Assembly (NCBI GenBank): GCA_043228905.1
Contig: JBHGNT010000003.1
Span: 2,170,001 to 2,234,000 of the forward strand
Source: Azolla caroliniana
Taxonomy: Eukaryota; Plantae; Polypodiophyta
Length of the DNA stretch: 64,000 bases
Direction of reading: 5' to 3'
A program made the position numbers and the translations under genes. Under the pieces are notes generated by a model, which was given only the letters and a program-made list of their open reading frames with translations, was not told the DNA's origin and searched no databases. Positions 50,111 to 63,659 of this stretch are shown here, one piece after another (within the stretch, counting starts at the first letter, position 1; every line of letters begins with the position of its first letter).

Positions 50111-51406
50111 TAAAGGAACCAACATAACAACACTTCATGGAGATATTCTTATTTATAAAAAGTCAATGCTTTATTGGTGAGAGAACATGGGAATAAGAAA
50201 GCTAAATTTTGAGAACAAGTATTTCACAGTTTCCGCACGACAATTCTGATTTCTCTCAAAGTCCTTCGTGTTAGTTTCGTCCTATCAAATTGGTTTTGAA
50301 CATCATTCGTTCATTCTTGCCAAGAGTATAAAACATTTTCGAAAAACCTAAATGCATAAATGTACATGATGCATTTCTTATGCAAAACATGGTTAGTGTT
50401 GTTAATGTAATTAGTAGAGTTTTTATGGGTTGTCTCTGATAATCATGATGATTTTTCAGTGTTTCCCAACTTGGTTATGGGTTTTCATTAACAGTCATAA
50501 TGGCACTCGTTGTATTGAATCGGGGGTGGTTGTTACTAGACCTTAATTAGACCTTACTAAACTACCTGAACACCAAATGTCCCCAAAGTGTCTATTATTT
50601 TTGTACTTATTTGCTCTCAAACGATCACAGCATGTCAATAATTGAGTGAATTCGTCTCCTTTTTTCCTCAGATTGTTCATGTTAATATGAGACCAAATTT
50701 TAATCCGATTCCAAATATACATTGTGCAAATTATGTGATCAATATTTGTGTTCTGGAAATGTGTTGTGACCGTTGTGTTTACTATGATTAATCCACAGAG
50801 AGTGACACACTAACAACAAACAACTTTACCATTTAAAACATTATCTCTAAAATCGAGATCAAGCTCGCCTAATTAAGTACCGAATCCAGGCTGTATGAAA
50901 TAAAGAATGGCACAGAACATGTGCCGAGGAACCATCTTGCACATGCACTAACCTTTTACGATAAGGAGTTGACTTTAGGCCATCATAGAGTTGATTTTAG
51001 TCAGATTATAGAGTTGATTTTGGTATGTTGGAAATCATAGTGTAATTGATTAAAGATCGAGTAGAATATTTGTTCCACCAGATGTCTGAAATGGTAGAGT
51101 AGTTGACTCAAAAACGAATTAGAGTATTTGTTTTCTATAATAGAAAAAAAGGCATGATTCATGGCTCCACACATATGCTCTTGCAGGGGATTCCAGGCAT
51201 TCTCATTCTTATCTCTAGGTCTCTCTTTCTCTCTCTCCTTATCATAGAATCTTGACTTTCTTATCATCAGGGGGACGGAACTCAGAGAGAGATGTATAAA
51301 AAGAGGAGTGCTACTAGAACTTATTCCACAAAACAAACTATAAAACCAGATCCCTACAGAAGAAGAAGAAGAAGAAGAAGTAGTAGTAGTAGTAGTAGTT
51401 TGAGAG

Positions 51407-52967
51407 ATGGGTGAGAATATGAACAAAGAAATCAGGCTTACAATCCACCAACATGAAACCATCCCTTCTCAAACCAACTCCACTGCAGATGGCGATGGAT
51501 GGAGAAAACAAATGATAACAAAGATCAAGTATACTGCTGATAATCCTGATACAAAAACATCTGAGCCGCAAAGCTCCAAGGGAAATGTGAAGATTTCGAT
51601 TCCTCCCCGTGCATTCTTGAAGAACAAACAAAAACCAACTTGCCCTGAAGTGCTGACCATTGGACCATTGTATGCAGATCTTGAGACCAAATCCGACTTT
51701 GATGATCGCAAGGCACTATGTGTGAAGAAGTTCATGGAAAGACATAGGAAATCAGATGTGGAACACCTCATACAATACCTCATTCCAGAGCCTTATAATC
51801 TTGAAAAAGATTATTCAAGCCCCCCGGGCAAAAAATATACCAATGAGTCGCTAAAACTTCTTCTCACTGTCGATACGATCTTCCTTCATGAATTCTTGCT
51901 CTTCTTTAGCCCTCCATGTCCGAATTCCCACGAAAAGGAACTCGGACCATTTTCTCCATTTATTCAGCAGTAAACTTATGGGCCACCATGAACCTACTAT
52001 GCCCCACTACTTATCCACTTCCTTCAGCAATGGAGTTGAATGGAACCAAGTTTGGAGAGACTTGTTCTTGATAGGTAACCAAATTCCTATGTCATTCCTG
52101 CAGAAGCTTGCAGAGTATCCAGAGATCTCCGGATTGAAAGATTTCCAAACTGATAGGCATCCAAACATAGATACCCATGTCAAATTGAAAAATCTCCAGA
52201 GAGTGCTAGTAGATACTGTTGTGAGAAATTGTCCATTCCCCAAGGGCCATAGTGATTGGCCCAAGCATTTTCGGAATCCAAATTTATTCAACTGCAATCA
52301 TCTACTTGATTGCCAATATGTTTTAGTCACACATGAAATACATGAGCATAGGAGATCCCCGCAATTTCAAGATCATTGGTCGACAAATCAAGGGGCTGCT
52401 GGCATACTAACATCTAATCATCGTGATCGCCTACCAACAGCGTCTCAACTCTCGAAAGTAGGCATCCGATTCAAGGCATGTGATGGTAACGTATCGGTCA
52501 TCAAGTATCATCCGATGACACTTCACCTCGATCTTCCACGGATTGTCGTGTACAAAGGCACGGAGGATGTGCTGAGGAACCTCCTTGCCTATGAACAAAC
52601 CTCCAAAGATGGAGGTGAGTTTACTAAGTATGCTATTATCATGGACTCCCTCATTGACACACCAGAGGATGTAGCCATCTTGACAAAGGCAGGGGTGATA
52701 GTGAACCACCTCGGGGATGATGTCGAGTTGGTCAACTTGTGGAACGAGTTGTACGACACCGACATTGTCATTAAATCATGTGAAAGATGGGATAAGATGA
52801 CAAGTGATGTACTAGAACACTATCGTAGCCCTTGGCGTCCCATGTATGTGGAATTTCATGAAAAGTTTTTCTCTCGCCCATGGTTGACGGCATCGGTCAC
52901 TACCGCGATCCTACTCGTCGTCTTGACATTATTGCAGACTATCTACACGGTCTTAGCCTATTACTAG
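51407..52967 (+). pseudogene. DUF247 pseudogene, +1 frameshift at ~51944
   Basis: gaactcggaccat here versus gaactcgaccat at 22552. Otherwise full length. Could be a sequencing error. Confidence 0.8.
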
Positions 52968-53185
52968 TGGAATCTCTAAATCAACACTAGAGCACATGAG
53001 GAAGCTCAAACACAATCGTTCTTTCCTTTGTTCATTTCTGGGATCTCATTTGATTCTATCAATATATTTATAGGTCTATTCAATTTACAATCCATATGAA
53101 CTTTTATCATTGTGGAAGATTTTTCTAAGCATTTATCTGCTTAGAAATAAGAACAAGGTCAAACATGGCATTGTATTTATGATGT

Positions 53186-53543
53186 CTTGATTGGTGCTTA
53201 ATGCATGATTGAGTAATTATATGTTATAAGGATTGCTGATGGGTTTTAAGTGACCCTTGTAATAAATAATATTAACTTGATTGGTGTTCAACGCATGCTT
53301 GAGTAACTATGTGTTACAAGGATTGTTAACGGGATTTAAGTGACACTTGTAATAAATAATATTAACTTGATTGGTGTTCAATGCATGCTTGAGTAATTAT
53401 CTGTTACGAGGATTGTTAATGGGTTTTAAGTGGCACTTGTAATAAATAATATTAAATTGATTGGTGCTTAATGCATGCTTGAGTAATTATTTGTTACAAG
53501 GATTGTTGATGGGTTTTAAGAGGCACTTGTAAGAATATTAACT
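53186..53543. repeat. 90-bp tandem repeat x4 (copy of 23801-24158)
   Basis: Same units in the same order. Confidence 0.9.
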
Positions 53544-55835
53544 CGCAGTAATGAATGGTTTCATGAGCATGTTTTTATGCGACTCATAATAGGTATCCTC
53601 CTGTTTCTTAACCCTAGATAAAAAATCTCCTTAAATATACCCCCTAACTCCAAAACTTTATCTCTAGAAGTATGCTAAACTAGCTTGACAACAACGTGGT
53701 ATATAAAATCCGAATTCCCTTCTATGAATATAGAACTTGAGACACAATGGCAAAGAAAATTGATTATAAATGTCCAAAGCAACCTTAGAGGACCATTCGA
53801 ATTTGTTGACCAGATATATATCTTATAGGATGAACAAAGTAGTCTTAGTGGACCCAAGACTTAGTCTTCCCATGGGTCCACTAAGTCTCATCAATTGGCC
53901 ATTAATGATAAAAGCAATTTCATAAAATCATTACCATATCATCATTGTTTTCATGATAAATCCACCTAATCATGAGATATTTTCCATTGTAACATATATT
54001 CAATAATTTTAATGTCCCTTGCCTTGGGGGTGACTATAGTAATCCTTGGCTCTATGCACATCCCTCTACCTAACTATCTATCTACTCATAGATAGATATC
54101 TGAGTTAAGGATTTGTCTCATGGGTCAATATTATTGACCTCTCTATGGATGCTAATACTATCTATCTATCTACCTACTCATACAAAGGCTCATCATCATG
54201 GCAAATAGAAACTTGCTCACCAAAAGACTTATCAATGGGTTGATTTTCCTAGACATGAACAAACTTCAAAAGAAGGAGGCAGTTTTTGTATGTATGCATT
54301 CATCATGTCACAAAAACAGAGTATCTCTTAAAAAGTAAACTATTAAAATAAGACAATGCTAATATGTTTCCTACATTGAAACTATTGTAACAGTATTAAC
54401 TATCATTAAAACACAGAGAGCTCACACACTAAAGATCTAAGATCGTTGTTTCTAAGCTTGCTTCAACTTTCCTAGCCACACACTAACAACAGCCAACTTT
54501 GTCTCTAACTTTGCCATCACTGAGAAAATAAAAACTTTTATCTCTAAGATTCAGATTAAGCTGTGTAAATTAAAAGACTGGCACAGAGCATGTGTTGAAG
54601 AATCCCCTGGCCATGCAAAAACCTTTATCATTAAGTGATGTCACTTCTATGTACTATCAATGAAAATCGGTGCCATTAGTGCTAGTTAGAGATCATAATT
54701 TGACGAGTAATGACCAATTTAGTAGCATTTGCCCCAAACTCTCTGTTATTTTCATACTCACTGTTTCCTCTGAAATAAATTGATCAGGAGTCCCATTCAT
54801 CCCTTCTTCTTTATTCAAACTATTCATGTCAGTTTCAGACCTAATGCCGATCAGACACATTGTTTCTTCTATGCCCTGTTCTCCTCAAATCCTGCCTATA
54901 AATCACATCCAGCTCTACATCATATTCAGACTGTCTCAATGGCGAACTAGCATTTTCAATTAAGTTGCATTTTATAGGAGTCTGATCAATTGATAATCAT
55001 TAAATTGATGGCATCACAATCTGAACATTAGGTGACCCTACCAGGTTCTCCAAACATTAATGTATGTGTGTATCCACATAGAGTTAATGGAATTATATAT
55101 ACATGTAGATATAATGTATGCGTGAGCTCTCGTTCTCAACGGACATACATTTTCATTTTCATCGATAGAATATACACACTGATTATGAGAACTCATTCTT
55201 GCGTGTATCAATCATGAGAATGTATGTGACATGTGAACAAAGCTGAAAAAGATTGCCTACACTATTGTGCATCAATATTATTCCTTGTGCGTTAAGTTGT
55301 CTAAAGGAACCAACATAAGATATTAACTTCATGGAGATATTCTTATTCATAAAAAGTCAATGAATTATTGTGTAAAGGAACCAACATAACAATGCTTCAT
55401 CGAGACATTCTTAATCATAAGAAGTCAATGCAGATTTTATTTAATCATAAGAAGTCAATGCAGATTTTATTATTGTGCTCGCATATGTGACCTACGTGTT
55501 TGTGTTTTTGGCCAAATGATAATAAAAAAATCATGGTCATTTCAAGTAATACTAAAAAGGCGTTGGGGTACTTGAAGGTGTTTGTCTCTTTTTAGTCACA
55601 CACCACACACATGGGGTAACCCACACCTCACATGCAAACAAATAACAAATTTGAAGACTTGTTCGAACTCTTCAGCCCTAATAAAGACCCATGGTTTAAA
55701 CGTTCATGAATGCTCTGACATTTCTAAGAATGATCTACTAGCTAAACAAAACTCCATTCACATACTATATTGTGCGAAGAAAATAGCAAGTTTATATAAC
55801 AAGATCACAATAAAAAGAAGAAGAAGAAGAAGAAG

Positions 55836-57476
55836 ATGATGATGACTCCTAAAGCTTCCCATGGGAAACAAATGGCACAACATCTACATCCATATTATCC
55901 CATCCCTACAATCCATAACTTTCCCATTGAGCAACTTCATCAAACCAACCTCAACCCAGATGAATGGAAGGAGTACATGAAGAATGAGATCGAGATGGCT
56001 GAACACAAATCCAAGTTCGAAAAACATAAAGTCATCGGGTTTGTCCCGCGTGCACTCTTCGAGGTGAAGCCACACTCATATTGCCCGCGGATCCTGACCA
56101 TCGGTCCATTGTATCAAAACCTCGAGCCTTCCCCTATGGATAGATGTAAGGCCCTATGTGTGAAGAAATTCATGGAAAGACTTAAGATTTCGGATCTGGA
56201 AAGGCTCATGAATGAGCTCATCCCGAAACCCCGGGAACTTCACGACATCTATTTCGGTCTCAGCGCGAGTTACAACGTTGAGTCCCTTCAACTTCTGGTC
56301 ACTGTTGATACTATCTTCATTCACGAATTCTTTCTGTTCTTGAGTGAGGATTGCCCTGACTCCCAAAAGAAGAAGAAGAGTGGGTACTTGTACACCTTCA
56401 TCAACAATGGAATTACGATGTCCCAAATATGGAGGGACTTGCTGCTCATAGGCAACCAGATTCCCATGTCATTCCTAAAGAAAATTACAAACTTCCAAAA
56501 GGAATTATCCGACTTCAAAGAGAATGATTTCCTGAAATGCTTGGATTATTTTGTTCGGGTAAACGATCCATTCCCCATGGGCAGGCTGCATGAAACACAA
56601 GGGAAGCTAGGAGACAAAAATCTTTCGCACCGTAGATGCGAGGACGAAACGTGTGGAGGCAAAAATCTTCTTAACTCTGAGCATCTACTCGATTGCCTAT
56701 ATGTTTCGTGCACACAAAAATCCCCCGAACAATCTAAGGAGCTGGAAGAATCTACGGAGCCGCACAAATCTAAGAATCGAAGTAGATGCTTGCAAGTCAA
56801 GGACATTCTACTATGGGGATGGAAGAAGAGCAAGATGTACACTGACTGCCTCCCCAAGACAACCGAACACTCTAAATCTGGCACCCGTTCCAACCGGAGA
56901 TGCAAAAAGAGCAACGATCACGGTGGCCGCCTCCAGCCGGCATCTGAGCTCATTAAATCTGGCATCCGATTCAAGGCTCATGAAGGTAACACATCGGTGA
57001 TAAAGTACGACAAGACAAAAAGCCGGTTCGATCTTCCACGGCTTGTTGTGTATGATAGCACAGAGGATATCTTGAGGAACCTCATTGCACATGAGCAGAC
57101 ATCCAAAGAAGGAGGTGAGGTTTGTGGATATGCCATGATCATGGACTCGCTCATCGACACACAAGAAGATATCGCCATCTTGACTCGGGCCAAAGTCTTA
57201 GAGAACCACCTGGGGAGCGACGAAAGGTTAGTCCAGATGTGGAATGACATGTGCATCAACATCTCGGAGAGATCTAATCCAGTAAAATTTGAAAGGATGA
57301 TCAAAGAAATAATGGGACACTGTAGGATCCATTGGCGTGTCTTGTATGTGGAGTTTCGTGCACAGTTTTGCTCTCGGCCATGGTTATGGATGTCAGCCTT
57401 TGCTGCCACCATACTTCTCCTCCTTACATTATTGCAGACAATCTATACATTGTTAGGTTTTTATAAAAGAACTTAA
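55836..57476 (+). CDS. DUF247 protein (546 aa), MTPKA subtype
   Basis: Complete motif set and TM helix. Confidence 0.93.
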   Translation: MMMTPKASHGKQMAQHLHPYYPIPTIHNFPIEQLHQTNLNPDEWKEYMKNEIEMAEHKSKFEKHKVIGFVPRALFEVKPHSYCPRILTIGPLYQNLEPSPMDRCKALCVKKFMERLKISDLERLMNELIPKPRELHDIYFGLSASYNVESLQLLVTVDTIFIHEFFLFLSEDCPDSQKKKKSGYLYTFINNGITMSQIWRDLLLIGNQIPMSFLKKITNFQKELSDFKENDFLKCLDYFVRVNDPFPMGRLHETQGKLGDKNLSHRRCEDETCGGKNLLNSEHLLDCLYVSCTQKSPEQSKELEESTEPHKSKNRSRCLQVKDILLWGWKKSKMYTDCLPKTTEHSKSGTRSNRRCKKSNDHGGRLQPASELIKSGIRFKAHEGNTSVIKYDKTKSRFDLPRLVVYDSTEDILRNLIAHEQTSKEGGEVCGYAMIMDSLIDTQEDIAILTRAKVLENHLGSDERLVQMWNDMCINISERSNPVKFERMIKEIMGHCRIHWRVLYVEFRAQFCSRPWLWMSAFAATILLLLTLLQTIYTLLGFYKRT

Positions 57477-57941
57477 TCTTAATCTGAATCCCTTGTTCCA
57501 ATAGAGAAGCTCATTGTACAATATTATGTGGTATTTTCGTCTTATAGTACAATTCTTTTATGTATGTTTATTGTATTTTTATTTTGGATGATTGGGTACA
57601 CATCCCTTTTTCTTCTTGTAACTTGTAACCAATTGTCTAGTCTAGTGGGCCAAATTTGGTCTTAGAAGACGTAAATAAAATACATAATATATCTTTCTTT
57701 CTTAGATGTATGTTCGTCTCATAATAGCATATGTTATTTGATTATGAAAAATGCTATTGTTTTTAATTCATCATCACATTATTATTCTTAATGATCGGTT
57801 ATTCATTATTGATGAATCTTACAGACATATTGTGACGCGACTAATCTTTTCTATAGCCACGACATGGTATAGGCATTCAATAACATCACAACTTCAGGGG
57901 AAGTTAGATATATACTTCAACTAAAAATTATAACCTGGATC

Positions 57942-58684
57942 CAGTGTTGCCTTTTGACAGCTAACATTGCTTGTCATGAGAACGGTATTCCAAAACAATT
58001 GCCCGTCAAATGACGATTTGTCAAAAAAATTGCCCTTCAAAAAATAAATACATCGAATATTTGTACTAAACAATATATACATAATACGATCCCATTGTAT
58101 TTCTTCAATGTGTGGCCCATTCAATGAGACTCGCATCAAATCATCTAAATGTTGTATATTCAATCGATTTCTTTTCATCTCTTTGATGAGATTTTGCTTA
58201 TAGAACTCTTTCTAACACAAAACCGTGCTAGATGGAATAACCAAAGTAGCATGCCATAATTTCATCAAATGAGGGAAACTATCTTGGCAATCCTTCATTT
58301 TGCATAGTATAGCCTTCACAATTTAAACTTAAAGTGTCAATAAACCTATAGAGTTCCATTTCACAAGCCTTTGCATCATGTAAAATTTGAAGACATGCAT
58401 TGACAACGACATTTGGTTGTAAGTGAGAAATCAAATTCCCAACCATGTCTTTGCTTTACTATCCCTAATCACATCATCATCTTGATAATGGCATGGGTTG
58501 AATAATTTTGTTGCATTGAAGAGGCCTAAGTCAGGGAACCTTGCATTTAGTCCATCAATAATCTTTTGCACATAATTTTGAGATAGTTTAATATAACTTT
58601 CAAGTGATCCATCTATAAATGGCCTCATTCCCTTCGATTTTGCGATATTGGGTTTCGTATCATTGTGACTTGCTTTATCAATAT

Positions 58685-58732
<48 letters not shown>

Positions 58733-59092
58733 AACAAACAAAAGAGAGGAATAGGCTGAAAATAAAAGAAGCCGTAAATTTATTTTGACACTATTCATAT
58801 CTCCAAGCACTTCTTCTCCTTTATCACGTCACATAACATATGTTTACACATTTATCTTTCTCAAATAAAACTATATGCTATAGCCTATAAATTTTAATTC
58901 GTAACTACTAATACATGTACTATTGTTTTTGCCTTAGCAAAATTTGACGGTATTAACAAATTTTAAACCTTCATTTTTACGTTTTTATAAAATATATGCC
59001 TGTCAAGATTGACGGTTTCATTTTCAAATTAACCTTCATATACAGTTAAATTTGCCAAAAACGGTCAAAACGGCCGTTAGAAGGCAACACTG
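57942..59092 (-). mobile_element. Degenerate hAT DNA transposon
   Basis: TIR CAGTGTTGCCTT / AAGGCAACACTG. 8-bp TSD cctggatc/cctggatt. Minus-strand remnants FPHLMKLWHATLVIPSSTVLC and KRNRLNIQHLDDLMRVSLNGP (hAT dimerisation region). Empty-site paralogs at ~8151, ~21065 and ~49960. Confidence 0.92.
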
Positions 59093-59228
59093 CCTGGATT
59101 GAGTAAAGAAAATCACAAGGAGATGAAAACAAAAGAGGTGGATGTTAATGTAGGGATTCAACAAGCTCCACGATGATAATTATTAGACCTTTTAGACCAT
59201 GTTTGCAGATAAACATTCATGCTCAACA

Positions 59229-60345
59229 ACCCACTAGAGCCACTCCTATCTAAAATGTTGTACTAAAAGGAGCACTTCATGCATTTCTCTAAGTTAGGTT
59301 TTGTAAACGATTACTTGCGGAAGCGTTAGAAAATAGAGAAGGTAGGGAATACATAGAGTACACAAGAGAGACAGAGAGAGCAGAACCTCTATGCTCAGTA
59401 GCATCATTTATACAAGTCCTCGTGGGACTGACAGAAGTACTGCGTACTTCAATGCTCACACGAGCATCTGACACTTACTACGAGACTATAATTGCCTAGT
59501 AGTCTACACTAGTACTAGGCTTCCGGTTACTGATTGGATCTACCAAACCGGCTCCCCAGCTCACCGGCTTTGTTGCTTGCTGGCTTGGTTGCTCATCGCT
59601 TACCGATCCATCTCGCTTGCCGGTTCAGGCTTATTCAGCCAAGCCGGCTCCAGTTGAGCTTGCTGCTCAACAGGTTTTATTATACAACCAAAAGATCTAG
59701 ATACATGCTTATCATTGGACAATGTAGAGTATCAGCTTACCAAGGTGAGATTAAGAATGATTGTACTAATGGAGTCCCCAAAGAGGAAAGGATAAGTTGA
59801 ATATGTCACATAGAGATAGCGAATAATTATCACTTTACATTCAAGTCTGTAGCTTACATCGTGATGAGGGAAAAATACCAAGACATACTAGGACCCTCCC
59901 CACCCTTTCCCAACTATTAGATACCTCTGATATAAATACACTAGGTAGGTATATCTTAGAAGGAAAACGACATGCAGAGAATAAGCTAACAAATCTTGAC
60001 CATAACCTTTATAATATTCACAAACATGTAACCATTAAAAAAATTCAGTGACAAGGGGGGTGATGAACTGTACACACTTGCACTGAAGCAGAAAATCAAA
60101 GAACAACCTAATGCCCTCAGATATTGGACCTCAAAGTTACTCGTTGTGTAGAAGGAATTAAGAAGATCAGGGAATATGAGGTAACACTGCGTTCAAACTA
60201 TTGTTGGGATACCTTTTACCCCGAGACAAAGAGCCAAATACTAGCATCGAAACTGTTTAATCTCTCGCTCCTTTTCAAGAGACTTGGATGGAAATGAAAC
60301 TAGTCCCAACACATAACCATTTCTCTCACTCACTCACTCACTCTC
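59229..60345 (+). mobile_element. 5'-truncated LINE fragment of the same family as the 25.7-30.5 kb element
   Basis: PLEPL.SKM, IGQ.R.S..Q.EI.N..T.GVP.EERI, YHFT and KYQDILGPSP match the ORF2 C-terminus. Ends in a (CACT)n-like tail. Confidence 0.85.
59302..59672. mobile_element. Solo LTR (371 bp) nested in the LINE fragment
   Basis: TGT...ACA termini and 5-bp TSD GGTTT (59297-59301 / 59673-59677). LINE homology resumes on both sides. Confidence 0.85.
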
Positions 60346-63300
60346 TATATCATAATTAGCTTACCTTAGTCATAAGTTGTTTACACTACTAATAAGTTGC
60401 ATCTTGGGTTTGAAACCCAATTTCCTCACCTGTCTATTACTCCATAGATCTCTCTCTCTCTCTCTCAATTCCATATTTCTACATGATATTAGAGTGGCGA
60501 AAGACCCCAGCCCCAATTAGCTTTCCTTGGTGGTAAATTGTTTACAAACACAATTTCCTCACTTGTCTGTTACTCCATAGATGTTTGTCTCTGTCTCTCC
60601 CTTTCAATTCCATATTTCTACATGATATTAGAGTGCCGAAAGACGCCAACCCCACCAAGAAGTTTGTCATTGTATCAATAACTAAACATGTTAATTAAAA
60701 TGACATTATTTGACTATATCAAAACTTGGAATGACAATAAATATGGCGGAAAATGTGGCCCATGTATTGTCTCACAGTTATCAAGAGAACCAACATACGT
60801 CCCAATGTTCCTGACCCCACAAATGCACTTGATGTGCAAATATGGAAGGGCGTGATTTAAACATTTTTTTGGGCCCTCCTTCATATGGAGGATACACTTA
60901 AGCAAGGTGTGCAAGTTACCTCCATACTGACGTTACATCCCAAGGATGATCCTCCACACCCTTTCCAAGAACAAGGAATGTTTAAGTGACCACAGGGAGC
61001 TTCTTGTGGAAGTCACTAACCCATCGTTGTGATCAATGGTCACAAACAACATAACTGAAGGAATAATGGTGACGTTGACCATTAGCATGACAAAGGCTTT
61101 TCATTGAGCTCACGAATGTTTCATCATCCCACGTGACATACAAAATGAATGAATTCAACTTTTCTCGCTCTTACTAATGCCAATTTGTTTATGGTCGAAA
61201 AAAGAATGATTTGTAAGCCAACCAACAAAGACAATGACAACTCTTTCTTGTATTTATCAATCTTGAGAATCTTTGTGACATGTGAACAAAGCCGAAAGAC
61301 ATTGTGTAAACTATCGTGCATCAATATTGTTCCTTGTGCATTAAGTAGTATAAAGGAACTAACCAATATTTGATGGAGGTATTCGTATTCATAAAAAGTC
61401 AATAAATTATTGTCGAGAGAACATGGAAATAATACATCTAAACTTTGCTAAACAAATATGAACATTTTCAACGAGACAATTATGCTTTCTCTAGAGTCCT
61501 TCGTGTTAGTTTTTTTCTTGAAAATATATCCTCCATTGGTAGTAGAATTGTAATGGCCAGAGGTCTTAAGACAAAATAGTCCAATATTACGTATGACCGT
61601 AGTCAATCTTTGTAGATATCCTTTGTGTTAGTTTCCCCCTAATTGATTTTGAACACTATTCATTCCGTCCTACCAAGATTTCTAGTATAGTTTAGGAAGT
61701 CTTAAATATACATTCATAAGCCTAATATAATGTTAAAATCAAGGAATATCCAATAACTTAAGAAAAACCTAAATGAATTATTGTACATTATGTATTTCTT
61801 ATGGAAAACATGATTGTTGTTGTTATCGTCATGCAGATATTCTAACTATCCATTGACAACCAATGCAATTATCTATACATGCAGATATAATGTATGCGTG
61901 AGCTCTCTCTCTCAACAAACATATATTCTCAGTTTAATCAAGAGAACACATACAAATTATAAATATATGTAGATATATTGTATTTTGTTCTTCCTCATAG
62001 GCTTCCCTCTATGTTTTCAACTTCCAATTCTTAATATTTTACCCCATAAGTTTGCATTCCTACTATGATACCAAGTGGTATGCCCCAAAATCATGAGTTG
62101 ACTTATAATTAAACAGAACATGCGAACGGAGAGCTAACACGAGAAACAAATGGGTTTATATATTATTCACAACTAAAGATATTACAATGTGTCCCAATAT
62201 TAGAATGGAGCCAAAATGTGACTTTAGGCGAGTGGGGCAACTCCAAAATCCTTTGAGGAAGAGAAAGCAACAATCATTCAACTTTTGATCTCAGAAAATC
62301 ATGGAATGAGGATGATCCTCCAAACCCTTTCCAAGAACAAGGATTTCTTAAGTGACCACAATAGAGCATCTCTTGGAAATCACTAAAGCCTCATTGTGGT
62401 CAATGGTGACAGATAACATGAATGAATGTATAATGGTGATTTTGCTCGTTAACATTACAACATTGACCTTATCTCGCTCCTACTAAGGACAAATTGTTTG
62501 TCTAAAAACGGAATGATTTGTAAGCCAACCAACAAAGGCAAAGACAATTCTTTCTTGCGTCTAACAATCATGAGAATTTGTGTGACTTGTGAACAAATAA
62601 AAAAGAGATTGCAAAAACTATCGTGCTTTAGTATTATTCCTCGTGCCTTATGTAGTGTAAAGGAACCAACATAACATTTCATAAAAAGTCAATGCATTAT
62701 TGTTGAGAGAACATTTTCCTCGATATAATTATATTTTCTCTCAGGTCCTTCATGTTAGTTTCTCTCTAATTAGTTGTAAACACCACTTGCCAAGATTCCT
62801 AGTATAATTTAGAAATTCCTAAATATATATTCTGAAGTCTAATAGAAATTTATAGTCAAGGAACGTCCAAAACCTTAGAAAAACCCAGATGCTTTACAAA
62901 ACATGGTGTATTTCTTACGCAAAACATGATTATTGTTGTTAATGTTTTGCAAATATTCTAATTAGCCAATCAGAGTCAATGCAATTATATATGTATATCT
63001 ATATATATATATATATATATAATGTATGTGTTAGCTCTGCCTATCATCAAACATACATTCTCGTTTCCACTTAAAACTTTATCTCCAAAATGGAGATCAA
63101 GCTCCCCTAATTAAGTACCGAATCCAGGCTGTATGAATTAAAGAATGTCACAGAACATGTGCTGAGGAACCTTCTTGCACATCCACAAATCTTTGCGATA
63201 AGGAGTTGAGTTTGGCATATATATGCGATCATAGAGTTGATTTTAGTCAGATTATAGAATTGATTTTGGTATGTTCGAAATCGAATAGAGTAATTGCCTA

Positions 63301-63659
63301 AAACACGAATACTGTATTTGCTCCACAAGATGTCCGAAATCGTAGAGTAATTGACTAAAAATAGAATAGACTATTGGCTTTCCATAATAGGAAATTGCAC
63401 GATTTTTGGCTCCACACATATGGTCTTGGCAGGGGATTCCACACATATTCTCATTCTTATCTCTCGGTTCTGCTTTCTCTCTTATCTTATCATAGATAGG
63501 TAAATAGATAGAATCTTGACTTTCTTATCATCTGAGTGAAGGAACTCATAGAGATGTATAAAAAGAGGAGTGCTACTAGAACTTATTCTACATAAAAACA
63601 GATCAGAAGAGGAGTGCCTTACAGAAGAAGAAGAAGTAGTAGTAGTAGTAGTTTAAGAG

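Noticed and set aside
59256-59672. Longer LTR with TGTTG...CAACA ends
   Set aside because: 59256-59301 is LINE sequence and has no matching TSD. The TSD-supported boundary is 59302.
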